From Promethearchaeota archaeon (GTDB lineage Archaea; Asgardarchaeota; Lokiarchaeia; Sigyniarchaeales; SOKP01): a DNA stretch of 64,000 nucleotides. Of this stretch, positions 20,514 through 30,595 are shown one piece after another. Numbering within the stretch: position 1 is the stretch's first letter; every line of letters begins with the position of its first letter. The stretch spans positions 192,001-256,000 of the forward strand of contig JAEOUA010000007.1 of assembly GCA_016839555.1 (NCBI GenBank). Reading direction: 5' to 3'. Position numbers and translations under genes: made by a program. The notes below the pieces were generated by a model, which saw nothing but the letters and a program-made list of their open reading frames with translations, did no database searches and was not told the DNA's origin.

Positions 20514-22355
20514 CTATTTCTTTTTATATTTCCGCTTTCTCTTACTCGATTTTGTTTTTATCCTCTTTCTTAACCTCTTTACAAGCTGAACCAATTTCTT
20601 TTTATCATGATAAAACCTGGTTGCCTTTTGATAATCGTTCACTTTTTTTTCATAATATAGTAAAAAGTCTTGCCAAAAATTTCCAGGTGTACATTTTATC
20701 GATAATCTTTTCAAAATTCCTTTACTCTCTTTTGGTTTTTTCAAAGAACACTCAATAATTTTCTCAAAAAGAAAGTGTCTAGCTTTTTTATACGCAATTT
20801 TTTTTTTCTCGTATATATCACTAACAGATACAAAGTCAATCCAATAGATTCTCCTCTTCTTTTCAGCCGTTTTCATTTCAAGCTTGATATCGATTGTTTG
20901 ATTCGCTAATCTTCTAATAAGAGAATAAACTGTTGCCTTTGATAATTTAGTACTTTTAATTAAATCTCTTTCTAATAATTCAATCGGATAGGGTTCACCC
21001 CGTCTAATATATTCACTTTTTAAAATTTTATGAATAATGATCATCGATTCATCTTCTTCGCTGACGGTTTCTTTTTGTAATCTTATAAACATAGATGTCT
21101 GTTGAGGTTTCATATAATATAGTATTAATGTAATTCCTAGAAATAGTATCATAAAAATTGATATAAGATATTTATCAGCCATTAAAATATCTCCTAAAAA
21201 TGTGATTTCTTGATTCAATACTAAATTTGTAAGAGCAAATCTCGTGAGAGTTTGAGCAGTAACACATCCGAGAAAAAATAAAATCAATCCGTCTCTTTTG
21301 AAAAACAAGATTGTCCAAGAATACGATTTCCCGAGTTTTATTATAACCCGATATAAAAATATTATAGAAACTATATATTCAATGATAAAAATATAAGTAA
21401 ATGCTGAACCGGTAGTACCAAATGCTGATTTTATTGCTGCGACTGTTTCAGGTCTTAAAATTAAAAAAATAGTTACTTGTAAAAGTTGGTAAAAAAAAAT
21501 AAAAAATACAATTAAAGAGAAGGTAAAATTATCAAACATACCCGCCCTTCTTGAGTCCAATTTACTTCTTGAAATTACTAACTCAAAGATAATAAAAACA
21601 AAAGTCATAATTAAACTGAAATATATAAAGGGCATAATAATACCCATTTCCGTATTATATACATTGATGGATTCGAAAGGATTATAAATACTAAAAAAAT
21701 CTAAAGTTAATATCACTAAAACCCCTCTATAAAAAAAAGATATAGTGACCAAAACAATAAGTATTATAAAAGGGATTATGAATATAAGAATTGATCTTGC
21801 TACAGAATATTTTTTAATAATTTTATATTCTATTTTTGTGGCAAATTTCCTCGAATACATATAGTATCTGCTAGATAAAAGGATAATCCAAATTAACGAT
21901 AAAGCCAATAGATAGCTTATATAATTGATAATTGATGACGTGAAAAAGAATAAGAAATAAAATCCAGCAATTATAATAGGAAAGATGACCAGCTGCTTAA
22001 TAGCTGTATATTTTTCAAACAAAAAATACCTCACACGGTCATTATTTAATATTAATGAAAGAGTAATAAAAAACGCACAAATAGCGTTTCCGAAATAGAA
22101 GGGATCTCCAAAAGTTAATGCTCTAACAATGAAATGATTGGGATCATCAATTCCCCATAATAATATAAATGAATAGAATATAAAGAAAATATAAAGACCT
22201 ATAAATTTTTTACTGAAAGCAAATGATTTGGGAGGTTTTTCGCCTCCTTTTGTATAGATTTGATGATATATATATTTATCTTTAAAATTATTAAATTTTT
22301 CATTAGTTTTTTCCTTAAATTGTTGAAGAGTAGACTTTTCTTTAGAAGATACCAT
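20514..22355 (-). CDS. Polytopic membrane protein with a C-terminal HTH-like domain and basic tail
   Basis: About 10-11 TM segments, then TKLSKATVYSLIRRL (HTH recognition helix) and a Lys/Arg-rich end. Confidence 0.7.
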   Translation of the reverse strand: MVSSKEKSTLQQFKEKTNEKFNNFKDKYIYHQIYTKGGEKPPKSFAFSKKFIGLYIFFIFYSFILLWGIDDPNHFIVRALTFGDPFYFGNAICAFFITLSLILNNDRVRYFLFEKYTAIKQLVIFPIIIAGFYFLFFFTSSIINYISYLLALSLIWIILLSSRYYMYSRKFATKIEYKIIKKYSVARSILIFIIPFIILIVLVTISFFYRGVLVILTLDFFSIYNPFESINVYNTEMGIIMPFIYFSLIMTFVFIIFELVISRSKLDSRRAGMFDNFTFSLIVFFIFFYQLLQVTIFLILRPETVAAIKSAFGTTGSAFTYIFIIEYIVSIIFLYRVIIKLGKSYSWTILFFKRDGLILFFLGCVTAQTLTRFALTNLVLNQEITFLGDILMADKYLISIFMILFLGITLILYYMKPQQTSMFIRLQKETVSEEDESMIIIHKILKSEYIRRGEPYPIELLERDLIKSTKLSKATVYSLIRRLANQTIDIKLEMKTAEKKRRIYWIDFVSVSDIYEKKKIAYKKARHFLFEKIIECSLKKPKESKGILKRLSIKCTPGNFWQDFLLYYEKKVNDYQKATRFYHDKKKLVQLVKRLRKRIKTKSSKRKRKYKKK

Positions 22356-22558
22356 AAATATTCAATTAAATATGTTATTGATATTATATATTCTTAAAAT
22401 AAAAAATAATTTTTATTTTATTATTTTTTTCAAAATTTTTTTCTGATGCTATTCTTTATGAATAATTAATAACTTATTTTGAGTAAAATTATAGGAAGTA
22501 AATTTTAAAAATATAGAAAAATAAATTTATATATATCTTTATCTAAAGAAAAAAGTTC

Positions 22559-22846
22559 ATGAGAAGTATGTCACAAAATACGGATAATAAAGAAAATCTG
22601 ATTAATTTGGTTAAAGATGCTATCGCATTATTATGTGAAAAAAACATTTCTGAGGTTGTCATACTCTCCTCTTATAAAATTTCTTCTGTTTTAAACGATA
22701 ATTATGGAGTGGATATAAGAGTAGACAAGATAGGGCGGTTGTTGTCCCGTTTAGCTAAAAGTAACAAATTAAAAAGACTTAAAACAAACATTCCTAAATA
22801 TAAATTACATATTTCTCAATTACCTATGCTAAAATTTCAGTCGTGA
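22559..22846 (+). CDS. Small winged-helix-like protein
   Basis: LSSYKIS...KIGRLLSRLAK...PKY pattern. Confidence 0.55.
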   Translation: MRSMSQNTDNKENLINLVKDAIALLCEKNISEVVILSSYKISSVLNDNYGVDIRVDKIGRLLSRLAKSNKLKRLKTNIPKYKLHISQLPMLKFQS

Positions 22847-22883
22847 AAATATAATAAATTAACTAAGAAATTTTAGAGGAATA

Positions 22884-24206
22884 TTATAAATTTTCAATCT
22901 TTTTTATTTTTTCTTCAATTCTATTTTTAATCTCCGAAAACGTGTTTTCTATTAATTCAATTTCTGAGTATAAATTATTGAACAATTCCATTATCTCAAT
23001 ATTATTTTTCTCTGCCCTTTCCTGTAATTTGACTATTATTTCTTCGAAATTATTTTTTATTTGTTCGGGCATTGTTATAATTGATTCATTAAGTATTTGA
23101 GCTTTCTCTGCTAAATTTTTCATCTGATTTTTAGAAAATTCACTCATTTCACTAAATTTTTTCATAATCTCTTGAAAATCCCGATAATTATTAGTGACTT
23201 GATTTTTTATGGATTCTATTAGTGATTCCTTAATCATGGTATATTTTCTCTTAGTGTCTTCAATAATTTTGTTAAAATCTTGAATTCGAGTATCGATAGA
23301 GCTAGATAATGATTCTTCAAAAATATTAAAAATAATTTTGAATTCCTCTTCGAATACTTTTTTATAATTGATTAAACCCCTAGAAATATTTTCTTTTATT
23401 TGAATGATACTCTCAAGTAATTTTTGATTTCCACTTAGTGTAGCGCTATTGAATTCTTCAGTCCATCTTATGATTTGCTGATTCATAATTCTCTCAACAG
23501 TATCCCCAAATTCGACATTAGCTTCCTTAAAATTAGAAAAGTAAAAAAGTTCTTCTACCATTTTTTCTTTTGTTTTAGGTATTTCTTGTAAATCTTTTTG
23601 CTTATCTTCAGATAGTTCTATTATTTCTTTAATTAAAATAGGATCTTCTTTTTGATAATCTTCTACAAATTTTTGAACCCATTTAAAATAATCCAAACTA
23701 TTGGGTTTTTCAATTTCATAGGGTAATTCATGATATTGACTATTGATACCTTGATGAAAATCATCTAATGTATATATCTTTAAGCCAAAATTATCATTTT
23801 TATCAATTAAATTAGGATCAAAAGCCACGCAAAATCCCAGAGGATTATCTTCATTTTGAAACTGAAGAAGATTATTAATATCTCTTTCACTTAATGATAA
23901 TCCATTATCAACATGTGAAATATAATTTCCAATGCCTTTCAATCCAGAGGCATTATATTTTTCTTTAATTTGAGCAATCTTTTCAAGGAGATAATTATCA
24001 GTGTTAAGGTTAATACCTTTGCCATGAGTAATTGGAATAGCGTTATTTATAATTATATCATTATTCTCAGATATATTTCCAATACATATTCCTAATACAT
24101 CATACCTCCGTCTAAGAATTATATTGCCAAATCTAAGTAGATGAGTGATCATATTTCTAAACGCCTCCTTCTTAATTATAACACGATTTTGTTTATTATT
24201 ATTCAT
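22884..24206 (-). CDS. MPN-domain protein with degenerate JAMM site and long helical/coiled-coil C-terminus
   Basis: YDVLG in place of EVMG, and GNYISHV-x6-S-x2-D in place of GWYHSHP; paralogue of 24211..25761. Confidence 0.85.
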   Translation of the reverse strand: MNNNKQNRVIIKKEAFRNMITHLLRFGNIILRRRYDVLGICIGNISENNDIIINNAIPITHGKGINLNTDNYLLEKIAQIKEKYNASGLKGIGNYISHVDNGLSLSERDINNLLQFQNEDNPLGFCVAFDPNLIDKNDNFGLKIYTLDDFHQGINSQYHELPYEIEKPNSLDYFKWVQKFVEDYQKEDPILIKEIIELSEDKQKDLQEIPKTKEKMVEELFYFSNFKEANVEFGDTVERIMNQQIIRWTEEFNSATLSGNQKLLESIIQIKENISRGLINYKKVFEEEFKIIFNIFEESLSSSIDTRIQDFNKIIEDTKRKYTMIKESLIESIKNQVTNNYRDFQEIMKKFSEMSEFSKNQMKNLAEKAQILNESIITMPEQIKNNFEEIIVKLQERAEKNNIEIMELFNNLYSEIELIENTFSEIKNRIEEKIKKIENL

Positions 24207-24210
24207 TGTT

Positions 24211-25761
24211 TTAATCCTCCCTCGTTTTCAATTTTTTTATCTTCTCGGATAATTTATTTTTATCATTTTGAAGTGTTTCGATTTTTTTGTTTAAATCTTT
24301 TACTTCATTTTTGATTTTTATAATCTCTTCTTGAAGAATTTTATTCTCCTCTTTAGATCTTGATAAATTATTATTTAGTTCTTCTTTTTCTTTTTTTAAG
24401 TTTTTAATTTTCATCTCAAAAGAATCTAATGTATTCTCTGAAATTGGAAATGATTCTTTTAATAAGTTCTGTAATGTGTTAACTTTTTCTTTAAATAATT
24501 TCATTTTCTCTTTAAATTCAATATTTAGCTTATCTTGATAAGATAAACTTTCATTAAGAATATTATTTTGAAGTTTTCCTAATGTTCCTCTAAATTCTTC
24601 CAATTTATTATTTTGAGCTTGTATTAGTTCTAATATTTTTGAATTTAATTCATTTAATTGTTGAAAATTATTTCTTCCAATATCAAATAAAGAATCATAT
24701 TCTAAAGCGGATTCTTTATATAAATTGTTTAAGGTAATGATAACCTTTTCTTGCATTTCTTTTTTAAAATTATCCAGTAATTCTTTACTTTTTATAATTT
24801 TTTTGTCTAATAATTCAAGTTTATCATTAATATAAAAATCTAAATTATCCAAATCCAATCTTAAATCTTCTTTAATGGATTCTAGAAGGACAGTCATATT
24901 ATTATTGATTGAATTCCTAATCAAAATGATATTCTCTTTCATTAATAAATTAAGAGTTATAATTTCCTCAATTAATTCATTACTCCAATTATTATAAAAA
25001 TTAGTAATTGGTCGGATTGAAGTTTCTATTAATTGAAAAATGCTTTTTTGTAAATGGGTAATTAAATATTCCGTATTTATATTTGGTTTATTTGCGATTA
25101 AATCTTCATCACTAGGAACGGAAACATTCCCAAATATGTCTATCTTCTCATTTAATTCAAATATGGGAGGCTCTTTAGTTTGAACACTATTAATTAGATA
25201 AATAATTTTTCTATAAAATTCAAGACTATTAGGAGGGTCTATAATCGTTTTGACTTCATGATAATGTGATGCATCTCCTTTGTAAGGATCATCTAACCTA
25301 AAAGTTCGAAATCCAGGATCATTTGGATTTTCTAAGTAAGTATGATCAAAAACAATTCCAATAGCACTGGGATTTGCGGTCTGCCATCCAAGCTGATTTA
25401 TTATATCAGTACCTGAAAAGAAAATTTTAAGTCCTGGATGAGAATGGTACCAACCAACACTAAACCAGCCTTTTTTAGCAAATTGCTCATCTACCGTTGA
25501 AAATTTTATATAATCCTCTGGGGCAAACCGTACCTCAATTGATCCTCCATGAGAAACGGGTACAACATTCTCAATTATAACATCTTTAATTTCTCCTTCT
25601 CCTTCAAGATAACCAATTAAAATTCCCATAACTTCTTTAAATTGGTCATAATTACGATTTTTTGAACCAAATCGTAAGACATGAACTAACATTTTATAAT
25701 AGGCTTCTGGTTTAATTCTTACTATAGACTCATCAGAGATATTAGATTTATGTGTTTTCAA
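24211..25761 (-). CDS. MPN+/JAMM metalloprotease (CSN5/Rpn11-like) with long coiled-coil C-terminus
   Basis: KEVMG...GWYHSHPGLKIFFSGTD is an intact JAMM motif; heptad-rich C-terminus. Confidence 0.92.
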   Translation of the reverse strand: MKTHKSNISDESIVRIKPEAYYKMLVHVLRFGSKNRNYDQFKEVMGILIGYLEGEGEIKDVIIENVVPVSHGGSIEVRFAPEDYIKFSTVDEQFAKKGWFSVGWYHSHPGLKIFFSGTDIINQLGWQTANPSAIGIVFDHTYLENPNDPGFRTFRLDDPYKGDASHYHEVKTIIDPPNSLEFYRKIIYLINSVQTKEPPIFELNEKIDIFGNVSVPSDEDLIANKPNINTEYLITHLQKSIFQLIETSIRPITNFYNNWSNELIEEIITLNLLMKENIILIRNSINNNMTVLLESIKEDLRLDLDNLDFYINDKLELLDKKIIKSKELLDNFKKEMQEKVIITLNNLYKESALEYDSLFDIGRNNFQQLNELNSKILELIQAQNNKLEEFRGTLGKLQNNILNESLSYQDKLNIEFKEKMKLFKEKVNTLQNLLKESFPISENTLDSFEMKIKNLKKEKEELNNNLSRSKEENKILQEEIIKIKNEVKDLNKKIETLQNDKNKLSEKIKKLKTRED

Positions 25762-25948
25762 ATTTTATTCACATTGATATAGTTCTTCTATATTAATATT
25801 ATTTTATTTTATTCTCTTATATGTTTACTTTTAAATCAAAACATAATTCGTTTGAAATTTTTTTATGAAATTTATCTCATATTCGTTTAATTTTATACCA
25901 TTCATAAAATATAGAAAATATTTTTAAAAGAACTTACAATAACTCAAT

Positions 25949-27118
25949 CTATTTTTTTAGTTTTAAAATCCTTCTTTTATTGAATGAAATTGCTAAATGA
26001 AAACTCAATTCTGAAATCAAATATTTTAAACTAAAATATTTTCCTACATTTTGATATATAATTTTCAAACCTATAAAGAAAAAAATAATTATTATTAAAG
26101 AGATAAAAAATCCTTGACTAATAGTAAATTTTTGATAGAGTAAGGGAAATAGAAATTCATGAAGTATTAATATAGTAAGGGAATAATAAGAAAAATAGAA
26201 AAAGAATTTATATTCTCGCTTAAAATTAAAATTAATCCTTATTTCAATACTTAGCAAAATCAGAAAAAATATAAAATTAGTGCCTAATGAATATAATAAC
26301 CAACTAAATGAATTTCGTGAAAAATTATCGATGGGAATGAAAAGAAGAGAGATAATTATCAATAATGCGCTAATTAATAATAATGGATATATATTTGATC
26401 GAATGAATTCTTTATTAGTAATTTTTGTATTTTCATCGATAATTTTTTCATATATTATTTCTCCTAAAACATTTCCAAGCAAGAAAAACGGAAAAAAGCC
26501 AAGAATCGGGGTAAATAAAAATCCATTATAAAAAATAAAATAAACAAAATCTATTACACTTGTTATTACTATTTGATCACTCGGACTAATTAATATTTCT
26601 TTTGGGATAAAATAAAAAAAGATACCATAAAGAATTAAGAAAATGCTTGCTATCAAGACTCTAATATTTTTTTTATATTTCATCAGGGGCCACGCTAAAA
26701 TTATCGATACCGCAAGTGTTTGGAATATATTCCACGACCATAAATTTCCTATATATCCCCGATAAAGAAAAGCTCGAAAATTATAATAAAAAAACCCAAT
26801 TAAAAACAAAAACAATGCTTGTAAGAAATATTTTAAACGTATTTCTTTATAATAGTCCTTCTGATTAAAATTTGGTGCATTTTTTGCTTTTATACTTTTC
26901 ATTTGATAAGATAACATGATACTGATTCCGGAAACAAACACAAAACCCTCAGCTTCAGGGCTAACATAAAGAATAATTACGGATAATAAATGAAAAAAAC
27001 TGTTAGTTGATAAACTAGGAGCGCCTCCAGGTATTCCCCACATCCACGTGTGAAGTAAAATCATATAAATAATTACGTAACCACGAAAAATATCAATACA
27101 TTTTAACCTTGTTTTCAT
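25949..27118 (-). CDS. HGSNAT/DUF1624-like membrane acyltransferase (copy 1)
   Basis: RLKCIDIFRG...MILLH, FVFVSGIS, IFQTLA, YSLTILILH. Confidence 0.8.
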   Translation of the reverse strand: MKTRLKCIDIFRGYVIIYMILLHTWMWGIPGGAPSLSTNSFFHLLSVIILYVSPEAEGFVFVSGISIMLSYQMKSIKAKNAPNFNQKDYYKEIRLKYFLQALFLFLIGFFYYNFRAFLYRGYIGNLWSWNIFQTLAVSIILAWPLMKYKKNIRVLIASIFLILYGIFFYFIPKEILISPSDQIVITSVIDFVYFIFYNGFLFTPILGFFPFFLLGNVLGEIIYEKIIDENTKITNKEFIRSNIYPLLLISALLIIISLLFIPIDNFSRNSFSWLLYSLGTNFIFFLILLSIEIRINFNFKREYKFFFYFSYYSLTILILHEFLFPLLYQKFTISQGFFISLIIIIFFFIGLKIIYQNVGKYFSLKYLISELSFHLAISFNKRRILKLKK

Positions 27119-27250
27119 GTTTCTTCTAATTTTTTTATTTTTTTAAAATATGATCTTTAAAAATTAAGATTATTTTTTGGGAGAAAAAAGCCGTTTTATT
27201 GCTCTAATATATTTATATTTAAAAAGAAATTCATTTTAAATTCTTTAATA

Positions 27251-28381
27251 TTAATGTTCTGCTATAATTTTGTTGCTAAGATAAGTTGCTAATCGTGCGA
27301 TTTGTATTTTTAAGCTGAAATAGGGACCTACCTTTATATACATAATTTTTAGAAGAATAAAAAATCCCAATAAAATCATTATTGATACTATTAATCCTAT
27401 AAGAGGAGTAAATCTATCATACACGAGATAAAATAGAAAATGTTGCATTAAATATGCGGTCAATGAATAATATGAAAAATAATAAAAGAATTTATATTCT
27501 CTCTTAAATTTAAAGATTTCTAATTTTTCAATAGAAAACAAAAACAAAAAAAGAACAAGATCCGCTCCTAAAGAATATAATAACCATGAATATGTATTTA
27601 TTGTAAAAATATCGGCTGGAAGAAAAAATGCAATAACCATTAATGGAATACTAATTAAAAGGATTGGTTTTGCGAGTGATTTTATAAATTTTTTATCTGG
27701 AATTTTAGTTTCTTCGTTAATTGATTTTTCATATAAAATTTCACCTAATACATTCCCAAAAAGAAAAAATGGGAAGTATAATAATATTGGACAGAAAATA
27801 AACCCATTATAGAAAATAAAATAAAAGAAACTTAAAGGATCTGATATTATGAAGCGATCTCCGGGGCCACTTAACATTTCCGGGTCAATAAAGGCAAATA
27901 AAACATAAAATAAAATTAATAGACTAATTCCAATTATAATTTTTATTATTTTTTTAAGCTTTCTTAAGGGCCATATTAATAACATAGATACGGCAAGCGT
28001 TTGAAAGATAGTCCATAACCATAAATCTTCAAATCGCTTCCAAAAAAGTAATTGTTCTAAATTATAAGAAAATACTCCAATAAACAAAACTATTAATGCT
28101 CTCAGAAAATGTCTTAAGCGGAGTTGTTTATAATCATAATTATAAGAACTCTTATTTTTTATGGCCTGAATTCTTTTTTGATAAGATAGTGTAAAGCTTA
28201 CACCAGAAATCAATATAAATCCTTCTGCTTCTGGTGAAATATAATAGAGTGGTCTGGTTATTATTATTAGAATTATATTGGGAGTATATCCAGATGCCAT
28301 CCCCCATGACCATGTATGTGCAACTATTAAATATGCTATTATGAAACCCCTATAAATATCAATACTTTTTAATCTTTCCAT
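27251..28381 (-). CDS. HGSNAT/DUF1624-like membrane acyltransferase (copy 2)
   Basis: RLKSIDIYRG, SPEAEGF shared with copy 1; tandem paralogue. Confidence 0.8.
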   Translation of the reverse strand: MERLKSIDIYRGFIIAYLIVAHTWSWGMASGYTPNIILIIITRPLYYISPEAEGFILISGVSFTLSYQKRIQAIKNKSSYNYDYKQLRLRHFLRALIVLFIGVFSYNLEQLLFWKRFEDLWLWTIFQTLAVSMLLIWPLRKLKKIIKIIIGISLLILFYVLFAFIDPEMLSGPGDRFIISDPLSFFYFIFYNGFIFCPILLYFPFFLFGNVLGEILYEKSINEETKIPDKKFIKSLAKPILLISIPLMVIAFFLPADIFTINTYSWLLYSLGADLVLFLFLFSIEKLEIFKFKREYKFFYYFSYYSLTAYLMQHFLFYLVYDRFTPLIGLIVSIMILLGFFILLKIMYIKVGPYFSLKIQIARLATYLSNKIIAEH

Positions 28382-28637
28382 AATACAAATGTTATTTTTT
28401 CATTTAAATAGATAGTTTTTAAAGTTAAAATTTTATTGAATAATTCTATATAATTAAACCTTGAAAAGGTGCATATATTTCTTAGGATGTGTATTTTACC
28501 CTTCGAAATATTAAGTAATATAATAAATATGTATTTGAATAAAAATATTCCATATTAAGAGTGGTTTAAAATAATTTTAAAATTCCTTAAAATTATATTT
28601 CGAAATTTAAGTTTATATTAAAAACTAAGATAAAAAA

Positions 28638-29231
28638 TTAAGTGAGTTTTTTTCCGCAATATGGGCAATACTTAAATTCAAGATCGCGGCCACAATAAGG
28701 ACAATATTTTGATGGCCTTTTGGATTGAGCAACCTCAGTTTGCCCTTTTTGGGGCTCCTTTTGCATTGTTGGTACCGCTGAAGGTATTTCTGGTAAGATC
28801 CTTTTTGATCCCGCCATTTCTGTTTTTTCTTTTTTACGGGTTTTCATTCTTTCCTGGAAAATCTTGCGTTTTTCTTCTTCGCTCGTTGTATGTTTTGTTT
28901 CAAATTTTTCCTGTGTTTTAGAGCTAATCGCTTTTATCTCTTTTTTTTCTAATTTTTGTTTAGCCTGATTCATTAACGCTTGGGCAGATTTCATAACTTG
29001 ATGGGGGTTGATATTGGGAATAGCTGAGGCTTGTAATACCCATCCTACAATATAATTTATATTGGGGGTACTTTGCCCCTCATCCAATTCATAAACTTTA
29101 GATGCTAATACATTATTCCCTTTTACTAATCTACTGGCCCATTGATTATTAATAAGGCCCAATTGGATTTTATAGGAGGTTCCGGAAACCCCTAATTGGT
29201 TTGTTAATGGTTCAAACTCTCCTTCTACCAA
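28638..29231 (-). CDS. Protein with C-terminal double CPxCG zinc ribbon
   Basis: YCPYCGRDLEFKYCPYCGKKL after a charged low-complexity linker; TTG start. Confidence 0.8.
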   Translation of the reverse strand: MVEGEFEPLTNQLGVSGTSYKIQLGLINNQWASRLVKGNNVLASKVYELDEGQSTPNINYIVGWVLQASAIPNINPHQVMKSAQALMNQAKQKLEKKEIKAISSKTQEKFETKHTTSEEEKRKIFQERMKTRKKEKTEMAGSKRILPEIPSAVPTMQKEPQKGQTEVAQSKRPSKYCPYCGRDLEFKYCPYCGKKLT

Positions 29232-29502
29232 TTTAGATGCACTATTGTGATTTTATTAATTTTTATAATTTTATATGGTTATTATAAAGTAATAAATGAA
29301 TATATATTAATCCTATTTACAATAAAGAATAATTTTAGATTTTTCAAGTATTCTGTTTATATTTCACTTAATTGAATTTTCTTTGTTAACAATCTAATAT
29401 CACTTTTTTTACTATCTTTTTTCATATTTTTGGTAAACTATAAATAAATAGACTTGTATTTATCAATAAACACTGAATTAACCAAATATAAAAAAATAAA
29501 GT

Positions 29503-30456
29503 ATGACTATTATAATTCCTAAAAAAGCCTATAACACGATTGTAGCCTCCTCAGTAAGATATGCTAATTCTCGCTTCCCTCAAGATGATTGGTTAGAGGT
29601 CTATGGAGTATTCACGGGGAAAATAGAGAAAGATGATTTAGTTATCTCAGCAGCATATCCCATTACCCACCAAGAAAAAAAACCAGAAGATATAATAGAT
29701 AAAGTTTATTGGTCTGATGAAGATTATGAATCTTTTAGTATAATTGATGATGAAGCCTTTTCGAAAGGACTTTTTACCGTAGGATGGTGGCATTCTCACC
29801 CTGGTTTTAAAGTAATGATGTCTCAGCTTGACGTAAAAACAACATTATCTTATCAACAAAATAATCCGAAAGCAATTTCTTTAGTTTTCAACCCAAATCG
29901 TTTAATACGTCAAATTGAACTACCCTATAAGAAAGGAGACCCCGTAAAGCAGTTAAAAAATGATCCTGGTTTTAAAATTTTTCGATTAGATGATGTAAAC
30001 AAAGGAATTGAAGCATCATATCATGAAGAGATATATGAAATACAAGGTTATGAAAATATGGAACAATTAATAAAGGAAACCCAGAATTTTATTATTAATG
30101 TGACAAATTTTTTTCCAAAAAACAATATATTCGACCATTATCAGAGAATTGTTGATAAAAAAATAAATGAATTAAATTCTAAATTAATGGGTACAGAATC
30201 TTACTTAAAAACTCTAATTCAAAAAGGAGAAGCACACCGAACTAAAGAAGTATTAAATAATCAGATAAAAGATATTCGAAAATATGTTGCTCAGACTTAT
30301 ATCGCTATTGAAAATATCAGAGAATTTATGGATTATTTAGAATTTAAGGAAAGGGATAAGGTAATCACGAAAGTCCAACAAATTCTAGTTCAATGGGATG
30401 ATGCTGCTTCAAATTCTTCAAAAAAATTTGATGAAATGGCAAAGAATTACACATGA
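29503..30456 (+). CDS. MPN+/JAMM metalloprotease, third paralogue
   Basis: LEVYG...GWWHSHPGFKVMMSQLD; shares NDPGFxxFRLDD...YHE with 24211..25761. Confidence 0.92.
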   Translation: MTIIIPKKAYNTIVASSVRYANSRFPQDDWLEVYGVFTGKIEKDDLVISAAYPITHQEKKPEDIIDKVYWSDEDYESFSIIDDEAFSKGLFTVGWWHSHPGFKVMMSQLDVKTTLSYQQNNPKAISLVFNPNRLIRQIELPYKKGDPVKQLKNDPGFKIFRLDDVNKGIEASYHEEIYEIQGYENMEQLIKETQNFIINVTNFFPKNNIFDHYQRIVDKKINELNSKLMGTESYLKTLIQKGEAHRTKEVLNNQIKDIRKYVAQTYIAIENIREFMDYLEFKERDKVITKVQQILVQWDDAASNSSKKFDEMAKNYT

Positions 30457-30595
30457 ATTTTTATTTTAACAAAATTTGCTATAATCAAAATTATTTAGAA
30501 AGCTGTTTTTTTTAATATTAAGTAATTATTTTTCAGAATTTATTAAAAAGAAAAAAGGAAATTAAAAATTTAAAGCATTTAGGTGTTAAATTATA

